From: Cyanophora paradoxa CCMP329
Taxonomy: Eukaryota > Plantae > Glaucophyta
DNA: 64,000 nucleotides
Assembly: GCA_004431415.1 (NCBI GenBank)
Contig: QPMI01000032.1
Span: 1 to 64,000 of the forward strand
Direction: 5' to 3'
The translations under genes and the position numbers were made by a program. The notes under the pieces were generated by a model, which had not been told where the DNA came from, did not search any database, and worked only from the letters and a program-made list of their open reading frames with translations. The number at the start of each line of letters is the position of its first letter. Position 1 is the stretch's first letter. Shown here piece after piece: positions 58,441-64,000 of this stretch.

Positions 58441-61400
58441 ACCGGCCCCGCGAAGCCGGCGTGGTGATCGCCCTCCTCGCCCTCCCCGCCGTGGGCGCCC
58501 TCGGCGCCCTCGCCCTCCCCGTGGCCGAACACGCCCAGCTCGGCGTCCAGGCCGCCCGTCAGCTCCTCCAGCGTCTCCGGCCGGTACAGCTTCCCCTGCG
58601 CGGGGCTAGGCTTAGCCGAGACACAAGAGCCAGTAGGGGAGTGGCAGACGGAGGGAAGAAGGGGGGGGCGAGGGGGGGACGGGAGGGGGGGGGAGGGGAA
58701 GGAAGGGGCGGACGTGTGGGGTGGGGTGGAGGGGTGGGGGTGGGGTGGAGGGGTGGGGAGCAGGTGGGGAGCAGGTGGGGAGGCGTGGTGCCGGGAAGAA
58801 AGAACGGCAGACGAGGAAGGAGGGGGGAAGGAGAGGGGAGTAAAAGGGGGGGAGGAAAGAGGGGGGGGGGGGGGGCGACGCACGGAGTAGGGGAGGTAGC
58901 GGGGCGCGGCCTTGACACCCGCCTCGTCCCCCCCTTCGTCGTCGTCGTCCTCGCCGTCGTCCTCGCCGCCGTCGCCAGGGCTGCAGGAGCGGAGAAGCCC
59001 GGTTGGCGGTTTGGTTCGAAGAGCGAGAAGGGAGGCGGGGGGCGCGGAGCGCGCGGGCCGAGGCCGCTTTAGTTAGTTTAAGTTAGTTTTTAGTTAGTTA
59101 GTTAGTTAGTTAGTTAGACTTGGAGCGAGCGAGCGAGGAAGGCAGCGGGGAGGGATGCGCAGAGGCGCGCGCGCACGGTCCGTACCCGGCGCGCGGGGCG
59201 GCGCCCCAGCGCTCGGGGGCGGCCGGCCGGGGGGCGCTCTTCCCCCCCTCCCCCTCCTCCCCCCCGTCCTCCTCCTCCTCGTCGTCGGCCACTTCCTCGT
59301 TCCCCTCCTCGAAGCGGGGGCCGGGGCCGGATCTGGGGTCGGGTCGAGGCCGAGGAGGCGGCCCCCGGGCGGTCAGCGCCGGGAGGCCGTGGACGCTTCG
59401 GTCCGTGGATGCGGGCGGGCGGGCGGGCGCACGGTGCGGTTCGAGCGCGCGCGACGGCGTAGAGGGCCGCGCGGGAGGGCTCGTCGGCCACGTCCTCGAG
59501 CTCGTTCCCGTCCTCCTCGACGCGAGGGCCGGGCCTGAGGCAGGGTCAATAACATTCAAAAACCACAGAGAAGAGGGAGGCTTTTTAAAGTGGAAATGTT
59601 CCTCTTTCGCTTGAGGAAAGAGAGGAAGCGAAAGAGGGAAGCTCGGAAGAGCATAGGACGCACGGAGCGACTTTGGCGCGCGGCGGGGGCGCGCCCCAGC
59701 GCAGGGGGGCGGATGGGCGGCTGGAGGGGCGGTTCTGTTCCTCGCCGCCCGCGTCCTCGTTCCCGTCCCCCTCGGGGCCAGGATCAGATCTGAGGCCCGG
59801 CCGGCGCTCCAGCTCAGGGCGAGAACGGCGGCCGAAGGCCGGGCCGGGCCTCAGATCTAGATGACAGCCGAAGTACTGTCCATCTAGAGGGACGCACGGT
59901 GCGATCTCGGCGCGCGGCTCCGCCGCGCTCCAGCGCACGGGGACGGCCGGGCGGCTGGAGGGGGTGTACTCGCCCTCGTCGTCGGCGTCCTCGTTCTCGT
60001 CCCCGGAGCGAAGGGGCGGCGGGGGGGGAGGAGGAGGGGGGGTACGGGGAAGAGGAGGAACGGGGCGCCGGCGCGGAGCCGTCGCCCCAGTCCAGGTCCG
60101 CCTCGTCGTTTCCCGTACCCGCGCCCGTTCCCTGGGGGGTACGCGTCCGTGAGGTTCGGAGGCGAGAACGGCGGCAGGGCGCAGCGCTAGAGTCCCGATG
60201 AGCGCGCGGCCTGGTGCGGCGGCCCTCTATCTATTTAGCCGCTCTAGCTGACGAGGTTCAAAGTAGGGGGGGAAAGTGGGGGGGGGGGGGGGGGGGGGGG
60301 GGGCCGACTAAGCTTTTCAAGAAGGTGCTCTCTAGCTTTTTAAGAAGGTGCTTCAAGAAGATTTCTTTCTAAGAAGCCGACTCTCTAAGATTTCTTTCTT
60401 TCTTTCTAATGGAGAAGCTCGGCGGCGCGAGAGATATACAAGAGGGCGGTTCCCTCCGACTAAGCCGCCCCGCGGCAAGATGGAAGAATCTAGAGATCCG
60501 ATCGAGAAATCGAGAGGGAGATCTCAAGTCTTTCTAGAAAGCGGCGGCGGCGCATGCACGCGCACCTCGGCAGTACCGTCACGGTCGACGGCGGCCCCCG
60601 CTCCTAAGCTTTCTAAGCTTTCTAAGCTTTCTAAGAAGGTGCTCTCTAGCTTTCTAAGAAGGTGCTTCAAGAAGATTTCTTTCTAAGAAGCCGACTCTTT
60701 CCTCACCTCGGCAGTGACGTCACGGTCGACGGCAGCCCCCGCCGCGTTGTACTTCTCCACAATCGTCCGCACGTCTGGGGCCGAGCTCACCTCAGCGTAC
60801 GTCCAAGCTCAGCTTTAGGGAAGCTTTAGAGCGAAAGCTTAGAAATGACGAGCGAAAAGCTTTAGAGATGACTAGTTCGAGCTCTAGAGCTTTAGATCTC
60901 AGGCCGATCTCAGCGTACGCCAAAGCTTTAGGGCGGGTTCGGCAGCCCGAGGTGGGCTTGAGCTCGCCCGGGCTCGAGCGAAAGCTTTGGATTAGACTAG
61001 CTAGAAGTTAGGCTTTAGATTAGGCCTTAGAGCTCAAGCTTAAGCGTAAGCTTCAGAGTAGATTAGCTTAAGGCAAGCGGGGTCGGCTCGGCTCGGCGCA
61101 CATCCGGGGAGGTGGTCGTCGTCGGGGGGTAGGCGCGCGCCCCCGAGGACCGCCACGCCGGGGCGGTCCGCCAGGAGCAGGGCCGCCTGCGAACGAAGTT
61201 CGTTGGCCGGAGGGGGGGAGGGGGAGGAAGAGGGGGGTACGGACCACGCGGTCCTGGCCGTCCCCGAAGACCGGCGCCTCGTTGAGGGGGTACGCCGCGA
61301 AGAACTTCGGGGCCGGGGCGGGCGCCGCGGGCGTCGCGGGCGCCGCGGGCGTCGCGGGTGTCGCGGGCGTCGCGGGCGGGTTGAAGGGGCTCGCGGGCGC

Positions 61401-62095
61401 CGCCGGCTTGGACGCTACGAAGTCCATCACGGCCTTGGGAAGGAGCGCGGCCTCCTTGGCCGGCTGGGGCGGCGCCGGCGCGGCCGGCTTCGACGGGGGC
61501 GGGGGAGGCGGGGGCGGGGCGGGGCGGCAGCGGGGCGGGGGGCGGCGGCGGCGGCGGGGGCGGGGAAGGGAGGAGCTTGGGCGGGGGCGGGGGCGGGGGC
61601 GGCGGGGGCGGCGGCGGCGGGGCGACCGTCGGCGGGGCGATCGAGAGCGGCCCCTTGGCCGGCGCTTGATCCACGCGCGCGGCGGCGAAGCGGTAGCCCC
61701 CGAAGAACGGGGCGGGCTCGACTACCGCGAGAACCGCGTCGGCCTGCGGCGCGGCATCCGAATCAGTGGAGGAGGCGAGACGGATTCCGAGAGCGAGCCC
61801 TACGCACCAGGCGTGCAGACGCCGGAATGAAGTCGTATGCAGAAGCCGCCGCAAGCGTCCCGCCGCTCTGAGACGCCGCGTCGGCCTCCGCCCGCTCGTA
61901 GGAGAAGTCCTGCGTGGGCGCGTGGCGGTCGGTCGCCCGGCGCGCGCTGCGGGCGTGCGGGCGAAGAGAACGCACGCCGGTGGATAGGCTGGCGGTGCTG
62001 GAGCCGAACCGCACGTCGAAAGCGGGCCGGTCCCCTGTCGCCCGGGCGATGACGCCGGCCCGCGCCGCCCCGAAGTTCCCGTCGTCTCTTTGCAT
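58300..62095 (-). CDS. Multi-exon hypothetical protein with poly-Pro/PAT repeats and internally duplicated acidic exons
   Basis: Exons AVLAVVEPAPFFGGYRF..PPPPP; DFVASKPAAPASPFNPPATPATPATP..FFAAYPLNEAPVFG; three related acidic exons ending RPxxPxRWxA; GKLYRPETLEELTGGLDAELG. Boundaries are uncertain. Confidence 0.5.
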
Positions 62096-62549
62096 GTGAA
62101 TGACTACCGATATCTGTCCTCTACAGCTCTTTCGGCCTCTGGCTGGATGTCAAGGTTGGCCGCTGACTTGCAGGGTCCGCGCGGCGGCGGGACGCTGAAA
62201 GAGGCAAACTCGACTCAAGAAAGTGCTCCCAGCCGGAGCAGAGCGACTTGGGCGAGCGAGGCCGACGCCCGCTGGTCGAAGGCCGCTTTGATCAGCGTCG
62301 CACATGTAGCCCCCCGCGGCTCGCCCCCCTCCCCATTGAACTCTCGCCTCGACGAGCTGGGGTCAAGCGACCAAAGGACCACGCCCAGCTCGGTTTAGCA
62401 AGTCTGCTGCAAGCGCTAGCGCGCACAGCCGACCGGAGCGCGGACGTCAGGTGACCGCCAGGTGACCGCGATTCTTCTCCTCTACGCTTTATGACCATCA
62501 CCCCACCATCTGACACGTTTGACACGTGACAGTGTGGCGGCCCGCTTCG

Positions 62550-64000
62550 ATGCCGCCGAAGAAAGATTCCGGTTGCGGGTGCGGCCCAGGCTCGAGGTGC
62601 ATCCGCTGCCCGTGCAGGAGCGAGGACGAGCTTTGCAGCACGTCCAGATGCGGCTGCGATCCATCGAAGTGTGAGAACAGGCGATCCGGCCCCAGGCCCC
62701 CAGCCGCAGCTTCTGGTTGCGAGTGCGGCCCGAGCTCGAAGTGCATCCGCTGCCCGTGCGGGGTGGGCGGTGTCCCTTGCAGCGAAGCCGTGTGCAGTTG
62801 TAGGTCTTCCATGTGCGAGAACAGGCGGTCCAGCTTCATGCCGTCCTCGAGAGCTGCAGCAGCTGCAGCTGGGTGCGAGTGCGGCCCGAGCTCGAAGTGC
62901 ATCCGCTGCCCGTGCGGGGTGGGCGGTGTCCCTTGCAGCGAAGCCGCTTGCAGCTGTAAGTCTTCCATGTGCGAGAACAGGCGGTCCAGCTTCATGCCGT
63001 CCTCGAGAGCTGCAGCAGCTGCAGCTGGGTGCGAGTGCGGCCCGAGCTCGAAGTGCATCCGCTGCCCGTGCGGGGTCGGAGGGGTTCCTTGCAGCGAAGC
63101 CGCGTGCAGCTGTAGGTCTTACATGTGCGAGAACCGACGCGCAGCCGCAGCCTCCAGCAGCTCGAGCTCGAGCTCCAGACCGGGCGCTGCCGCCGCGTCG
63201 CGCGCTCCTCCCGCGGCCGCCGGGCCCTCTCCAGGTGATCTCCGCTCAGGTTCTTTGGCCTGCGGCGCTCTCAGCCTTTGAACTTCGTTCGCACCAGGGG
63301 CGCCCGCGGCCGGAGCGCCGGCGCGGCGGATGCACACGCGAGCCGTGAAGGCACTCCCCTCGTTCCCCCGCAGTGCGGCGCTGAGCGACGCGGCGAGCGA
63401 GCTGCGGGAGGAGCTGTACGTGAACGTGTCGGGCAAGCGGGACGTGGTGCTCGCGTACCGGGGTAGAGACCTCTACACGGGGAGCGCGAGCGTACCCTCC
63501 CCGCACGTCGACCACATTGTCGAAACGCAGGCACGTACCCCCCCCCACCCCCGGCACCCTCCTGACACCCCTCTAATCCCTACCGCCCTTTCCGCTTCTC
63601 CCCCCCCCCCCTACCCCTTCCCGCTTCTCCCCTCACCCCCCACTTCTCGTCACCCTTCTACCCCCCCCCTTCCACCCCCCCCCTTCCACCCCCCCCCCCC
63701 CGGCCCACCCCACACACACATCCTACCCTTCTCAAACCCTCCCTGCCTCCCCCATCCCCCACCCACCTCCCACCCCACCCCACCCCCACCCCGCTCCCCG
63801 CCCCCGCCCCCGCCCCCGCCCCCCGCCCCCGCCCCCCGCCCCCGCCCCCGCCCTCCGCCCCCCACCCCCCGCCCCGCGCCCCCTGCCCCCTGCCCGCCCC
63901 CCGCGTCCTCCAACAGCTCGTTTCAGGTCCTGGCGCACGCGATGGCGCGGGCGAGGGTACGCCCCTCGGACCCGGGGGTACGCGACCTCCGGGGGGCGGT
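62550..64000 (+). CDS. 4x CXC (tesmin/KIF4-like 9-Cys) domain protein fused to an HNH-nuclease-like domain; runs off window end
   Basis: ATG 62550. Four C-x-C-x5-C-x2-C-x-C-x6-C-x4-C-x-C-x4-C-x-N units. A phase-1 intron (~63235-63297) joins in frame to ..VLAYRGRDLYTGSASVPSPHVDHIVETQ (to 63530). A GC-AG intron then leads to VLAHAMARAR (63927-). Confidence 0.75.
62718..63140 (+). repeat. 156-bp (52-aa) coding tandem repeat, ~2.7 near-identical copies, plus a diverged copy at 62574
   Basis: tgcgagtgcggcccgagctcgaagtgcatccgctgcccgtgc at 62718, 62874 and 63030. Confidence 0.95.

Noticed and set aside
60278-60303. Long G homopolymer, and other G/C tracts (e.g. 58640-58900, 63535-63910), as functional G-quadruplex elements
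   Set aside because: They are C-rich intron interiors on the sense strand of GC-rich genes. Their lengths are error-prone and nothing specific supports a function.
62498-63058. Minus-strand ORF with repeats MHFELGPHSHPAAAAAALEDGMKLDRLFSH
   Set aside because: It is the antisense shadow of the CXC repeats. The plus frame conserves nine Cys and the terminal Asn even in the diverged first copy, and splices to a sensible downstream exon.
62550-63281. Stand-alone metallothionein
   Set aside because: The fixed 9-Cys+Asn spacing fits CXC domains, and an in-phase intron bypasses the stop at 63281. Not fully excluded without cDNA.

Overview
This is eukaryotic, GC-rich, intron-dense DNA from an alga or protist that cannot be identified from sequence alone. 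Introns are mostly 50-150 nt and many appear to have GC-AG boundaries, so the raw ORF track is largely misleading and genes had to be spliced by eye. In order: (1) a 5'-truncated gene (1-2802,+), possibly a transcription factor. (2) A low-complexity gene (-), head-to-head with (3) an 11-kb coiled-coil/EF-hand gene with an axonemal-dynein-light-chain-like segment (+). (4) The main finding: a ~14-kb minus-strand gene for an 'inverted Toll-like' receptor. It has two N-terminal TIR domains, both keeping the catalytic Glu, in a bacterial-style TIR-linker-TM-coiled-coil scaffold. A large ectodomain follows: degenerate beta-propeller with Cys-rich and Tyr/Pro inserts, FN3, three CUB domains. (5) Divergently transcribed from it, a polycystin-2 (TRPP)-type cation channel with a His-rich insert and two C-terminal RyR repeats (PKDRR-like). 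(6) An ABCB-type half transporter fused to a cyclic-nucleotide-binding domain, carrying an exact 423-bp triplication and a 7-bp frameshifting duplication. (7) Transposon remnants, including two Helitron-like 3' hairpins, and two hypothetical genes. (8) At the window end, a gene with four tandem CXC (9-Cys) domains spliced to the start of an HNH-nuclease-like domain. All domain calls are by visual motif recognition, no searches were run, and exon boundaries are approximate unless stated.
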